DNA of 44,197 nt from a virus, in UHGV virus genome UHGV-0105297. One strand, given 5' to 3'. Position 1 is the stretch's first letter. Every line of letters starts with the position of its first letter. Both the position numbers and the translations under genes were made by a program. The notes beneath the pieces were generated by a model. It made no database searches. It was not told the origin of the DNA and saw nothing but the letters and a program-made list of their open reading frames with translations. This document shows positions 17,516 to 26,166 of this stretch, in pieces.

Positions 17516-18181
17516 TCATTCTTCCGGCGTCATCGGCCCATGTTCCGGGCAGTGCGGCGACCCGACTTCCAGCCACTTTTGCGTAACCCGCACCGTGTAG
17601 CCGCATTCCTCGCATTCGCACTTCTTCAGTCTGGTGGACTGCTTTGGCTTCGCCGTGGATGCGCCGCCTACTGGTGCCACTTCCACTTCATCATCGCCGT
17701 CATCATCGCTGCCGCCTTCATCCAGACCGATGCGCAGGCGTGGCACTCTCACCACCTGGCCACGGTCAAACGTCAGTTTGGCGTGCGGCATCGGCCCCAA
17801 TTCATCCAGGAACGGTTTCACGTACTCTTTGAACGCTTCACCAGGCGTGGTGGCGGTCATCGGCCCATTGAGGCCCACAGCCTTGCATACAGTGGCAAAC
17901 GCGCCCTTGTGGCCGCAGTCAAAGCCAACGGTGGCGTGCGTCAGTTCGTGCCACAGGTGGTTTGCAACCAGGTACGGTTCCACCTGGTCTGGCATGATGA
18001 ATATTTCAAAGGTGTTATCTGAACTGCACTTGCTGTGCCAGCACTGCGCCGCCGTACTGGAACGCGCGCCGGTGCTGCAAAAGCCAACGGACACGCGGAA
18101 CTTAGGCATTTCATAGCCGAATTCTTTGAAGCGCGGCGCGAACTTCGCCGCCAAAGCATTTAACCAACCTTCACGATCCAT
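17516..18181 (-). CDS. SprT-like zinc metalloprotease domain protein with C-terminal zinc ribbon
   Basis: HExxH in 'LWHELTHATVG'. C-terminal 'CECEECGY...CPEHG' Cys cluster. Confidence 0.55.
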   Translation of the reverse strand: MDREGWLNALAAKFAPRFKEFGYEMPKFRVSVGFCSTGARSSTAAQCWHSKCSSDNTFEIFIMPDQVEPYLVANHLWHELTHATVGFDCGHKGAFATVCKAVGLNGPMTATTPGEAFKEYVKPFLDELGPMPHAKLTFDRGQVVRVPRLRIGLDEGGSDDDGDDEVEVAPVGGASTAKPKQSTRLKKCECEECGYTVRVTQKWLEVGSPHCPEHGPMTPEE

Positions 18182-18227
18182 AAAGTATTACCTCATTGCG
18201 TTTAAACGTGGTTTTATTCTATGCCAA

Positions 18228-18252
18228 CAATGAAAAACCCGCCATTGCGGCG
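18228..18252 (-). terminator. Hairpin (CCCGCCGCAATGGCGGG) + T5 on the minus strand between ssb and the SprT-like gene
   Basis: Reverse-complement reads stem-loop followed by TTTTT. Confidence 0.4.
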
Positions 18253-18278
18253 GGCTGATTACTTAGAATTATTTGGAA

Positions 18279-18797
18279 TTAAAACGGGATATCGTCATCA
18301 AAATCCATCGGCGGTTCGCCGCCTGCTGGTGGCTGCTGCGGTCGAGACTGCGCGCCGCCGCTGAAACCAGGGCCGCCGGTACTTCCTGTGCGGCCAGTGC
18401 CAGAACCGCCAGAACCGGCACCTTGCTGGCCGCCTGCCTGGCGGTTTTCGTTGGCCGTTGACAGCATAATCATGCGGCCATTCATGCCCACGTTGATTTC
18501 AGTGGTGTAGCGTTCAACGCCCTGCTGGTCAGTCCATTTGCGAGTACGCAGCGCGCCTTCAATGAACACCTTGCTGCCTTTGCGCAGGTATTCGCCAGCC
18601 ACTTCCGCCAGCTTGCCGAAGATGACCACGCGGTGCCATTCTGTCTGCTCTTTCTTTTCGCCGGTGGTCTTATCCTTCCAGCTTTCAGTTGTCGCAATGC
18701 TGAGATTGGCCACAGCGCCGCCGCTTGGCATATAGCGCACTTCAGGATCTGCGCCTAAGTTGCCAATGATTTCTACTTTGTTCAGTGAACCGGCCAT
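18279..18797 (-). CDS. ssb: Single-stranded DNA-binding protein
   Basis: OB-fold N-terminus '[29 protein letters not shown]', Gly/Gln-rich linker, and the canonical acidic tail 'DDDIPF'. Confidence 0.9.
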   Translation of the reverse strand: MAGSLNKVEIIGNLGADPEVRYMPSGGAVANLSIATTESWKDKTTGEKKEQTEWHRVVIFGKLAEVAGEYLRKGSKVFIEGALRTRKWTDQQGVERYTTEINVGMNGRMIMLSTANENRQAGGQQGAGSGGSGTGRTGSTGGPGFSGGAQSRPQQPPAGGEPPMDFDDDIPF

Positions 18798-18805
18798 AAT
18801 TGCCC

Positions 18806-19015
18806 CTATTTACGTTTCAGATGTGCGGCGTGCTTTTCAGCACATGCCGCATCGCAATAAATTTTCTTGCTGCCTTCCTGGAAATCCTCCCCACAGTTCA
18901 GGCAGTAACCCTGCGGCACAGCGTGAACCGCCGGTGCCTTCTGGAAATGCGCGGCAATAGCCGCAGCGCGTTCCCGATCTTCACGCTCACTGGCGCGGTC
19001 AATATCGTCAGACAT
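18806..19015 (-). CDS. TraR/DksA-family C4 zinc-finger protein (likely starts at internal Met, ~70 aa)
   Basis: 'CLNCGEDFQ....YCDAAC' C4 finger in the C-terminal half. The ORF-track start at 19111 would overlap the upstream gene by 104 nt, so the internal start is preferred. Confidence 0.45.
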   Translation of the reverse strand: MSDDIDRASEREDRERAAAIAAHFQKAPAVHAVPQGYCLNCGEDFQEGSKKIYCDAACAEKHAAHLKRK

Positions 19016-19433
19016 CGTGCACCCCGAACTGACCAGGTGCTGCGGTGCATTTGAAGTGGTGGTAATCATCACGGCCACCACAAACCGGGCATTCATCAAA
19101 CGGCTGTTCATTGTCGTTGCCAGCTACTGGCTGGCTGTGACGCTCCAGCCAGATGACCGCGCCAGCCAGGTAGACAATCGCGCCCAACAGTTCACGCACT
19201 GCGGCGTCAACCTGGCCACGGTTGGCCATGCCCTGCGCTTCTTCGGATTTCTTATCCGCCTGACCTAAAATGAAGCCAACGCCACGACGATCACCGATCT
19301 GTTGCATGGGCTGCTGGTGAAACGGCTTGTTATCAGCGTGACGTTCCGCACCCTTGCCGGTGGCGGCCTGGTCAAAGGCGCGTTCCAGAACGTTAGCCAG
19401 TGATTCATACCCCTTAACGCTTTTCATTGTCAT
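19008..19433 (-). CDS. Hypothetical protein (141 aa) with C-terminal CxxC...HH cluster
   Basis: ORF in the early-left operon. 'DECPVCGGRDDYHHFKC' is a possible zinc-binding motif. Confidence 0.4.
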   Translation of the reverse strand: MTMKSVKGYESLANVLERAFDQAATGKGAERHADNKPFHQQPMQQIGDRRGVGFILGQADKKSEEAQGMANRGQVDAAVRELLGAIVYLAGAVIWLERHSQPVAGNDNEQPFDECPVCGGRDDYHHFKCTAAPGQFGVHDV

Positions 19434-19644
19434 TCGCCCCGATCATGTTTTTTGATTCATACGCTTCCACGCTGGTGATGGAGTAGCGCACGCGCGAACC
19501 GAACTTGGTATAAGCCGGTCCCTTTCCCTGATTACGCCAGTTGGCCAGGGTGCCGGTGGTGACAGCGCCATTCCAGCGCTGTACCAATTCCTGTGGCGTC
19601 AGATACGTGCTTTGTTTCTGTGCCGTTTGTGCCATGTGTTTCAC
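19414..19644 (-). CDS. AlpA/excisionase-family HTH DNA-binding protein
   Basis: 76 aa. 'LTPQELVQRWNGAVTTGTLANWRNQGKGPAY...RYSITSVEAYE' matches the HTH_17/Xis-AlpA pattern. Confidence 0.5.
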   Translation of the reverse strand: MKHMAQTAQKQSTYLTPQELVQRWNGAVTTGTLANWRNQGKGPAYTKFGSRVRYSITSVEAYESKNMIGANDNEKR

Positions 19645-19649
19645 CTTTC

Positions 19650-20633
19650 TTACTGTTGGCCCATAACCTGGGAATTCAGGTCATCAACGTCCTGGGCATC
19701 ATGGTTGGCTTCGGCGCGTTGCTTGTCGTAAGCGCGCGCAGATTCCAACAATGATTGTTTGAAGTCATCGCCCAACGCTTTGCGGAACTTCGCCGGGGTT
19801 TTCTCCCAACATTCCAGCGTGTAGGCTTCGCCTTTTTCCGTTACGCCGCGCAGGCTGTTGCGCCATTTCTCCACTGCTGCATCCAGCTTGTTTCCACCCT
19901 GCACCCATTTACGCAGCGCTAAACCGTCCTGTGCGCTGATGTATCCGGTTTCGCGGCCAATGATGCTGCGCAGTTCTTCCGGGCATTTCATGACCTGTTG
20001 CGAACTGCCGGAATCCCACATCATCAGGCTGGCGGTCATTTCAAACATCACGTTCTTTTCCGTCACCGGCATGATGCCTTGCGGTTCGTATTCAGTTTTT
20101 CCGTTCACCTTCACCAGCTTGACTTTCTCACGCGCACGGATGCAGCAGATAACGTGCATGTTGGACTGAAGGAGTGCGTTCATGAAACGCTTGTGTTCAG
20201 CCTTCGCGCGGTTCCACTGCGGCTTCGCGGGGTTGGCCAGGGTGGCGATTTCTTCACAGCCGCCGGTGCCTTCCCATTCGTGCGAAACGCTATCAATCAC
20301 CAGCACTTCAACGCCTGCCTTCTCAAATTCGCGGATGGCGTCAATGTAGCGCTGCGGGCTGAAAGGCGGTTCCAGGTCACCGATCCAGAACGCATCCGGG
20401 CGGGATTCAAGACCTAATGACGCCTGGATTTTGTCATACGTGTCATCGCTGGCGTACAGAGAACCACGGCGGTTTTCAGTGTCGAGAAAACCAACCTTTG
20501 TGCCGTCACCGTTGGCCAGACCGTAGGCCAGCATGAGCGCTGACAGGGTTTTCCCGCTGCCGCTGATGCCAGCCAGGCCAATCACCAGGCGCGCGCCTTC
20601 ACGTTCTGCTTTGCGGATGCTAATTACTGCCAT
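19650..20633 (-). CDS. AAA_24/Sak4-like RecA-fold ATPase (phage recombination/replication ATPase)
   Basis: Walker A 'GISGSGKT' near the N-terminus, ~330 aa, adjacent to the exonuclease and ssb. Confidence 0.55.
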   Translation of the reverse strand: MAVISIRKAEREGARLVIGLAGISGSGKTLSALMLAYGLANGDGTKVGFLDTENRRGSLYASDDTYDKIQASLGLESRPDAFWIGDLEPPFSPQRYIDAIREFEKAGVEVLVIDSVSHEWEGTGGCEEIATLANPAKPQWNRAKAEHKRFMNALLQSNMHVICCIRAREKVKLVKVNGKTEYEPQGIMPVTEKNVMFEMTASLMMWDSGSSQQVMKCPEELRSIIGRETGYISAQDGLALRKWVQGGNKLDAAVEKWRNSLRGVTEKGEAYTLECWEKTPAKFRKALGDDFKQSLLESARAYDKQRAEANHDAQDVDDLNSQVMGQQ

Positions 20634-20663
20634 TATTAATTCCTCAACAATTGTTGTTATTGA

Positions 20664-21983
20664 TTAAGCCGCGCCAATCAGGTGCGCGTTTTTGTTCGCG
20701 TGCCAAGCTGGCATATTGATGGTTTGGATCTTGTCGCCGTAGCCGGGCCAGTTGTCGTTCGCCAGGCATTCAGCATAAACGCGCAGGTCATGCTGATACT
20801 GCGCACGGCCCAATTCCAGGATGGCGGAATCAAGGACGTACACACCGACAGCGTAAGGCGGCTTTTTCTCAACGGCGATGAATACGAACGCCTTCACGTC
20901 ACGACCGGTGGCCAGCTTGACGCCATCCATGTAGTAAGGCGCTTGCACATCATAGCGCCAGTTGGCCATTGATTTGGCGAACCCTTCCGGGCTGGCGTCA
21001 TCAGTGGTTTTAACGTCAACCAGCACGTTATCTTCACGCCACCAGTCTGGACGGCAGCGGCACAGCACGCCGGTAGTTGGATCAATCCAGTAAACAGATT
21101 TTTCCGCCTCGCCAGGAACGCTGGTCAGCAGCGCGTGTGCAGCCGGGTGGTTGTGAACTGCATCGCGCATGGCGTGCAACTGGTCCCACACTTCAGGTGA
21201 CAGCACGATGCGGCCAGGGTTGTTTTCTGTCCATTCTGCCAGCACGTCAGACCACAAGCGCACGTTCTTGCCGTTGGCTGCCAGCCATGCTGCCATTTCG
21301 TGACGGCTGGCGGTGCTGGTGGACAGGATATACGGGCGGCCATGTTCCTGATGGTATGCGTCAGTGATTTCAGACCACAGCACAACATCAACGCCGTTGT
21401 TGCGCAGCAAATATGCCAGATCGTTACGGCTGCCGCTGGTTGACAGTAAGCCAGGACGCGCAGCGTTCAACTGGTTGATGATTTCTTTCAGGTCTGGTGC
21501 CTTCATCGCATTAAGCTGTTCAGCGTTCCAAACTTCTGACGGCTGATTATCCAGGATGCGTTCAACCAGTTCGCCTTTGTTGCCACCAGTCAGCAACTTC
21601 GGCAGGCGGCCCGCGTTCAGTTCATTGATTTTGGCCACCAGCACATCAGCGTCACGCACCGCATCAGGATGCGCCGCGATGCGTTCAGCGTTGATGGCTT
21701 CAACCATTTCCACCAGCACTTCGCGTTCTTCAATCGCTTCCGGCACGTCAGAACGGCGCAGCGCCAGGCAATAAGTTTCCGTGAATACTTCAGGTTCAAG
21801 TATTAACGCATGGGCAGCGGTTCCTAATTCCTGCGCTGGCGTTGGCGTGTGGTCATTATCCGCAGTAACCACAGCATGGTAATGCATCGGGCTGCGGTGA
21901 ATTAAATCCAGGCCGGATTTGCTGATTCCGGGGCCGCCGTGGTATTCAGCATTTGAAATACCTTCATACACACCAGGTTTCAT
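20664..21983 (-). CDS. RecE-like / PD-(D/E)XK exonuclease VIII-family protein
   Basis: N-terminus 'GVYEGISNAEYHGGPGISKSGLDLI..SPMHY' is the hallmark of the RecE C-terminal-domain (DUF3799-like) exonucleases. First gene of the leftward operon. Confidence 0.5.
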   Translation of the reverse strand: MKPGVYEGISNAEYHGGPGISKSGLDLIHRSPMHYHAVVTADNDHTPTPAQELGTAAHALILEPEVFTETYCLALRRSDVPEAIEEREVLVEMVEAINAERIAAHPDAVRDADVLVAKINELNAGRLPKLLTGGNKGELVERILDNQPSEVWNAEQLNAMKAPDLKEIINQLNAARPGLLSTSGSRNDLAYLLRNNGVDVVLWSEITDAYHQEHGRPYILSTSTASRHEMAAWLAANGKNVRLWSDVLAEWTENNPGRIVLSPEVWDQLHAMRDAVHNHPAAHALLTSVPGEAEKSVYWIDPTTGVLCRCRPDWWREDNVLVDVKTTDDASPEGFAKSMANWRYDVQAPYYMDGVKLATGRDVKAFVFIAVEKKPPYAVGVYVLDSAILELGRAQYQHDLRVYAECLANDNWPGYGDKIQTINMPAWHANKNAHLIGAA

Positions 21984-22255
21984 TTGTTACCTCGCAATTA
22001 TTATTTAACATGACTTCGGATTAACTGCGGTGAATTATGGCTGACGTGTTGTTATACTGTCAACTTCTTTGTAATTAACCTATTTTAGATCAGCGTCACT
22101 GCGCCTAATCAACAAACCTTAGCTGTACATCTGCCATGCATTTTTTGCAGATCACGCTTTGCTGAACATCAATGACTAATACTTGCGGTTGCACATAAGC
22201 AACGCAGTAACATACAATCGTAAATACTTTAAATGATAACCGATGAACAATAATT
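21984..22255. promoter_or_regulatory. Divergent early promoter region between the leftward (exo...) and rightward (helicase...) operons
   Basis: 272-bp AT-rich non-coding gap between divergently transcribed gene starts. Confidence 0.4.
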
Positions 22256-23671
22256 ATGGGTGTAATACTTAGAGACTATCAATCTGACATTATTCATAGG
22301 GCGCGCCTTTCGATGAAGCGCAACCGCCGCGTGTTATTGCAGGCACCAACAGGCGCGGGGAAAACTGCGCTGGCGTCATACATGGCTGGGGAAACATCAG
22401 CCAAAGGCCAGCAGGTGTGGTTTATTTGCCACCGCGCTGAACTGGTATTACAGACCAGTTTGACATTCAGGAAGTTCGGCATTGACCACGGATTCATCGC
22501 CGCCGGTTACCCCATGAACCTGCGCGCTGGGGTGCAGATATGCAGTATCGACACACTGAAGAACCGCATCACCACGCTGACACCGCCAAAGCTGGCCATC
22601 GTTGACGAGGCGCACCACTGTGGCGCTGCTGGATGGGCGCGCGTAGTTGCCTGGCTGGCAGATAATGGCGCGTTTGTCATCGGCTTATCAGCCACGCCTA
22701 AGCGCCTGGACGGCACCGGCCTGGATGAACATTTTGACGACATCGTATTAGGGCCATCAGTGCGCTGGCTGATGGATAACCGCCACTTGTCTGACTACCG
22801 CATGTTTTGCCCTGACATTCCCGATCTGAAAGGTGTTCGCAAGGCGATGGGTGATTTTGCCAAAGGCGAAACCGCAGAGAAGATGGACAAGCCAAAGCTA
22901 ACCGGCAACATCATTGCGCACTGGCAGAAATATGCACAGGGTATGAAAACGGTTGGCTTCGCCGTGAACATTGCCCACAGCCAGCACCTTACCCGCGCGT
23001 TTATTGATGCCGGTATACGCGCCGCGCACCTGGACGGCGGCACCGACAAGGCGGAACGCAAGCGCATCATTCAGGCATACGCCAACGATGACCTGGATGT
23101 GATTTTTAACGTGTCGCTGTTCGGTGAAGGTTTCGACCTGTCAGCTATCGCACAGACTGACGTGACGATTGACTGCCTGATTGACGCGCAGCCAACACAA
23201 TCATTGTCGCTGGTCCTGCAAAAAGATGGCCGCGTGCTGCGACCGTCACCAGGCAAAACCGCCATTATCCTGGACCACGCTGGCAACGCGCTGCGTCACG
23301 GATTCCCCGACGATGAACGCGAATGGTCACTGGTTGGCGACGGTAACGCCAGCAAGTCATCAGGCAGCGACGGACCACCACCGCCGGTGATCTGCAAAGG
23401 CTGTTTTAACGCCATCCGCCGACCGCTGCCGGATACCTGCCCGCACTGCGGTAAATCCATGCGCGAGGAAGCCAAAGAAATCGAAGTGGCTGAAGGCGAA
23501 CTGCGGGAAATGGACGAGAAAGCCAAAGAAAGCCTGCGCGCGAAGATGCGCCGCGAGGAGGACGCTTGCAAGGATATTGGCGCGCTGACCGCCCTGGCGA
23601 TGAAACGCGGGCTGCCTAACCCTTCCGGCTGGGCCATCGCGAAGATGGGAGGAAGAAGGTTTAAGCGATGA
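22256..23671 (+). CDS. SF2 DEAH-box helicase (ResIII-type) with C-terminal zinc ribbon
   Basis: Motif I 'APTGAGKT', motif II 'VDEAHH', and 'CKGCFNAIRRPLPDTCPHCG' C4 ribbon. Confidence 0.75.
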   Translation: MGVILRDYQSDIIHRARLSMKRNRRVLLQAPTGAGKTALASYMAGETSAKGQQVWFICHRAELVLQTSLTFRKFGIDHGFIAAGYPMNLRAGVQICSIDTLKNRITTLTPPKLAIVDEAHHCGAAGWARVVAWLADNGAFVIGLSATPKRLDGTGLDEHFDDIVLGPSVRWLMDNRHLSDYRMFCPDIPDLKGVRKAMGDFAKGETAEKMDKPKLTGNIIAHWQKYAQGMKTVGFAVNIAHSQHLTRAFIDAGIRAAHLDGGTDKAERKRIIQAYANDDLDVIFNVSLFGEGFDLSAIAQTDVTIDCLIDAQPTQSLSLVLQKDGRVLRPSPGKTAIILDHAGNALRHGFPDDEREWSLVGDGNASKSSGSDGPPPPVICKGCFNAIRRPLPDTCPHCGKSMREEAKEIEVAEGELREMDEKAKESLRAKMRREEDACKDIGALTALAMKRGLPNPSGWAIAKMGGRRFKR

Positions 23672-23700
23672 ATTCATGTTGATTGATAGGTTTAAACGTT

Positions 23701-23736
23701 TGGAATATTTACCTAAGTAAAGATATTATTATTCAC
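23701..23736 (+). promoter_or_regulatory. Sigma70-like promoter (TTGGAA-18-TATTAT) with palindromic operator TTTAC-CTAA-GTAAA in the spacer; copy A of a duplicated cassette
   Basis: Near-consensus -35/-10 elements. The inverted repeat is centred in the spacer. A 57-bp homolog sits at 29798-29854. Confidence 0.45.
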
Positions 23737-23925
23737 ATAGGGCGGCGGCAGGATGCAGCCGGAGAGGAGCAACGCAGGGGCTTGATCGAAGTGTCAGGAT
23801 TCCCAACCGTGAGGCCGAACATTGGACACTCGCCGCAAGGCAGAACGCTTACCAATGACATCGAACCGAGGCTACCGACGAAGCACGACGCCCACCAAAA
23901 TCAACAGCATCATGAGGGCAAGACG

Positions 23926-24132
23926 ATGATCAAACAACCGCCGTGGGAATACAAAAACTGCAAATCAGGCCAGATTTACGATATGGGCGAAGGTATTTTA
24001 GGGAAAGTTACTACCGCTTTTCGTAATGGTGCAGCAAATATGCTGGTACTTAACGGACCGACAAAAGGCTTAACCTGGTGCGTTAACGGTCAATCAACAA
24101 GCACCTACCGACTGGTAGAAGATGCAAAATAA
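23926..24132 (+). CDS. Small hypothetical protein (68 aa)
   Basis: RBS GAGGG 10 nt upstream of ATG. The larger ORF-track call 23683-24132 spans the promoter and is rejected. Confidence 0.3.
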   Translation: MIKQPPWEYKNCKSGQIYDMGEGILGKVTTAFRNGAANMLVLNGPTKGLTWCVNGQSTSTYRLVEDAK

Positions 24133-24174
24133 CCACCCTGCCCGGTTCGCCGGGCATTTCTCACAGGTGAAACT

Positions 24175-24330
24175 ATGAAGTTTATCAACGCTATCGGAAC
24201 GACCTGGAACACCTTCACCGCGCTGGTGGATGCTGGTTTCAAACTGGTGCTGGGCTTCCTGCTGCTGGGCTTCGGCCTTGGGCTGCTGGTGACCGCCGCA
24301 ATGTTTCTTTATCACGTCTTTGCGAGGTGA
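24175..24330 (+). CDS. Small hydrophobic membrane protein (51 aa)
   Basis: RBS AGGTGA. 'LVLGFLLLGFGLGLLVTAAMFLY' forms a single TM helix. Below the ORF-track cutoff. Confidence 0.3.
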   Translation: MKFINAIGTTWNTFTALVDAGFKLVLGFLLLGFGLGLLVTAAMFLYHVFAR

Positions 24331-24333
24331 GGT

Positions 24334-24744
24334 ATGGCCAACAAAGAACACGCCCTACAGAACGCGATACGCAACGCCCTGGCTGGCCGCGCGCTGATAT
24401 TCCGCGCCAACGTGGGCAAGGCGTACACCAGCAATGACGTGATGAAGGTTCCGCGCCAGATGCCGGTTGTGATGGGTCCGAAAGATATCTTGCTGCGCAA
24501 CTACCGGCCATTTGAAACCGGGCTGCCGCCTGGATTCTCTGACCTGTTCGGGCTGGTGGCGGTGGAGATCACCCCGGATATGGTTGGCCAGAAGGTGGCC
24601 ATATTCACCGGCCTGGAAGTCAAAGACGGCGCGCGCGTATCGCAGTTGCAGCGCAACTTCATCAACGCGGTGAACGATAACGGGGGCCGCGCCGGTGTTG
24701 TGCGGTCAGTGGAAGATGCTGAACGCCTGGTGTTCGGCAAATGA
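24334..24744 (+). CDS. VRR-NUC domain nuclease (PD-(D/E)XK)
   Basis: 'GFSDLFGLVAV' and 'TGLEVK' match the D...(D/E)xK core of the VRR-NUC family. Typical partner of phage SF2 helicases. Confidence 0.65.
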   Translation: MANKEHALQNAIRNALAGRALIFRANVGKAYTSNDVMKVPRQMPVVMGPKDILLRNYRPFETGLPPGFSDLFGLVAVEITPDMVGQKVAIFTGLEVKDGARVSQLQRNFINAVNDNGGRAGVVRSVEDAERLVFGK

Positions 24745-24801
24745 ACCGGTGTTTGCAGTACGCCATCAACACGGCGCGATTCATGTTTGAGGACTACCGC
24801 A

Positions 24802-24966
24802 ATGATGACCATCGAGAGCATTCGCAGGCTGTTTGCCGAAGCGCTGGCAACGGGCAATCACATTACCTTCCTTGCTGCGAAAACAGCTTACCGGGATTAC
24901 CAGCGCTACGGCATGTTGACGCCGGGCGACGTTCAACAACTGAAGAAAGTGTGGGGGATTGAATGA
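24802..24966 (+). CDS. Small hypothetical protein (54 aa)
   Basis: RBS GAGGA. Stop overlaps the next start (ATGA). More protein-like than the alternative ORF 24741-24962. Confidence 0.3.
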   Translation: MMTIESIRRLFAEALATGNHITFLAAKTAYRDYQRYGMLTPGDVQQLKKVWGIE

Positions 24967-25196
24967 ATATTCCATCGTTGTTTAAACAAATGAAAAAAGA
25001 TTTTATTAAGTGCGTTGCGGCGGCCATTGAGGCATTCACTATGCACGCCGTGCGCCTTGGCTTCCGCCATCCGGTGCGGTCAATGCAAGTGGTGCTGGAC
25101 TACCCGAAGCCGGGGCCGCGCAAATCGCGTTTCACAGGCATTGCGGCAATGCGCCGGGATGCACGCCGCCAGCGTAACCGGAGGAAGGCAGCATGA
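24963..25196 (+). CDS. Hypothetical protein (77 aa), basic C-terminus
   Basis: ORF in the rightward early operon, coupled starts. Confidence 0.35.
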   Translation: MNIPSLFKQMKKDFIKCVAAAIEAFTMHAVRLGFRHPVRSMQVVLDYPKPGPRKSRFTGIAAMRRDARRQRNRRKAA

Positions 25197-25405
25197 GCAA
25201 ATCACCGCTGAAAATGATGGTACGCGCGTTCAAAAAAGAAACGGCGCATTGGGTTGGACATCCGCAGGGATTCAAGTCAACGCGAGAATGGAAGCACTGG
25301 TGCCGCAGTATGGCGCACGGTTGGGATTGGCCAGTTGATGAAATCCAGTGCCAGGACGACGCTGACGAGGTGGCAAGGGATGAAATTTACTATCTGGTAA
25401 ACTGA
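25193..25405 (+). CDS. Hypothetical protein (70 aa)
   Basis: ATGA-coupled ORF. Confidence 0.35.
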   Translation: MSKSPLKMMVRAFKKETAHWVGHPQGFKSTREWKHWCRSMAHGWDWPVDEIQCQDDADEVARDEIYYLVN

Positions 25406-25407
25406 CT

Positions 25408-25656
25408 ATGAACCCGGTCGAATTCATCAAAAAGCAGATTGTCACTGAACTGGTGAAACAAGGCGCATCACCAGCTACGGCGCTAATCGCTGCTGACCAT
25501 GCGGCGGAACATTACCGCATCAGTTCTGGACTGGGTAAAGACCCGTACAGCGAACTGATTTACCGCGCAGGCCAGATGGCCATGAAGCATCAGCCAGACT
25601 TCAAATACGTGCAGCCGAAGCCACCGGCTAAACCACGTACACGCCGCGTGAAGTAA
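25408..25656 (+). CDS. Hypothetical protein (82 aa)
   Basis: ORF with basic C-terminus 'KPPAKPRTRRVK'. Confidence 0.35.
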   Translation: MNPVEFIKKQIVTELVKQGASPATALIAADHAAEHYRISSGLGKDPYSELIYRAGQMAMKHQPDFKYVQPKPPAKPRTRRVK

Positions 25657-25731
25657 GATTATTCCAAAAGATATTTACTTTAGTAAATGCGCCCGGTATT
25701 ATGGGCGCATTGTTATTACGAGGCTATTACT

Positions 25732-25929
25732 ATGCACGAAAGGACCGAACGACTAATCAATATTATGACGGAACACAATCTGTCTTGCCGTGATGTTGGT
25801 ACTATTCTTGACCGCACAGAACAGACTGTTTCGATCTGGCGTTGCAGCCACAAACCTGGCCAGCGCGTCATCCCCGGTTACCTGCTGGAACTGCTGGAGT
25901 TCAAACTGGCGCAGCAGGCACAGCAATGA
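25732..25929 (+). CDS. Small HTH regulatory protein (~65 aa)
   Basis: Internal Met of ORF 25687-25929. 'LSCRDVGTILDRTEQTVSIWR' is a helix-turn-helix. Confidence 0.35.
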   Translation: MHERTERLINIMTEHNLSCRDVGTILDRTEQTVSIWRCSHKPGQRVIPGYLLELLEFKLAQQAQQ

Positions 25930-26156
25930 ACGCCTGCACCTGGCAGCCAACCACAGTGACGCTGCACGATGGCAGGCAGGTGGCAAGCGACAGCCAGGAA
26001 TGGCTACTGGAATGCGAAGCGCGCCACATCCTTAAACAGCCTGGCATTCAGGAACGCCGCGCACTACTGGCCACCATTGAACAACGGCGCGGGAAAGCAG
26101 CCCGCGAACATTTAGAAGAACGCGCAATGGCCATATGGCGCGCCCAACGAAAATAA
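25926..26156 (+). CDS. Hypothetical protein (76 aa)
   Basis: ATGA overlap with the previous stop. Charged, helical. Confidence 0.35.
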   Translation: MNACTWQPTTVTLHDGRQVASDSQEWLLECEARHILKQPGIQERRALLATIEQRRGKAAREHLEERAMAIWRAQRK

Positions 26157-26166
26157 TCGGGGTTGT

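Noticed and set aside
17077-17586. ORFs 17077-17430 (-) and 17329-17586 (+) in the int/SprT intergenic region
   Set aside because: No RBS. They overlap the int 3' end and terminator, translations are not protein-like, and the region is better explained as terminators and regulatory DNA.
23683-24132. 149-aa ORF from the six-frame track starting at 23683
   Set aside because: Its first ~80 codons run through the duplicated promoter/operator cassette and the GC-rich leader, with low-complexity translation. Only the 3' 68 codons (23926-24132) have an RBS and look protein-like.
24741-24962. 73-aa ORF 24741-24962
   Set aside because: Cys/Arg-rich improbable translation. The overlapping frame 24802-24966 has an RBS, an ATGA-coupled stop and a more plausible sequence.
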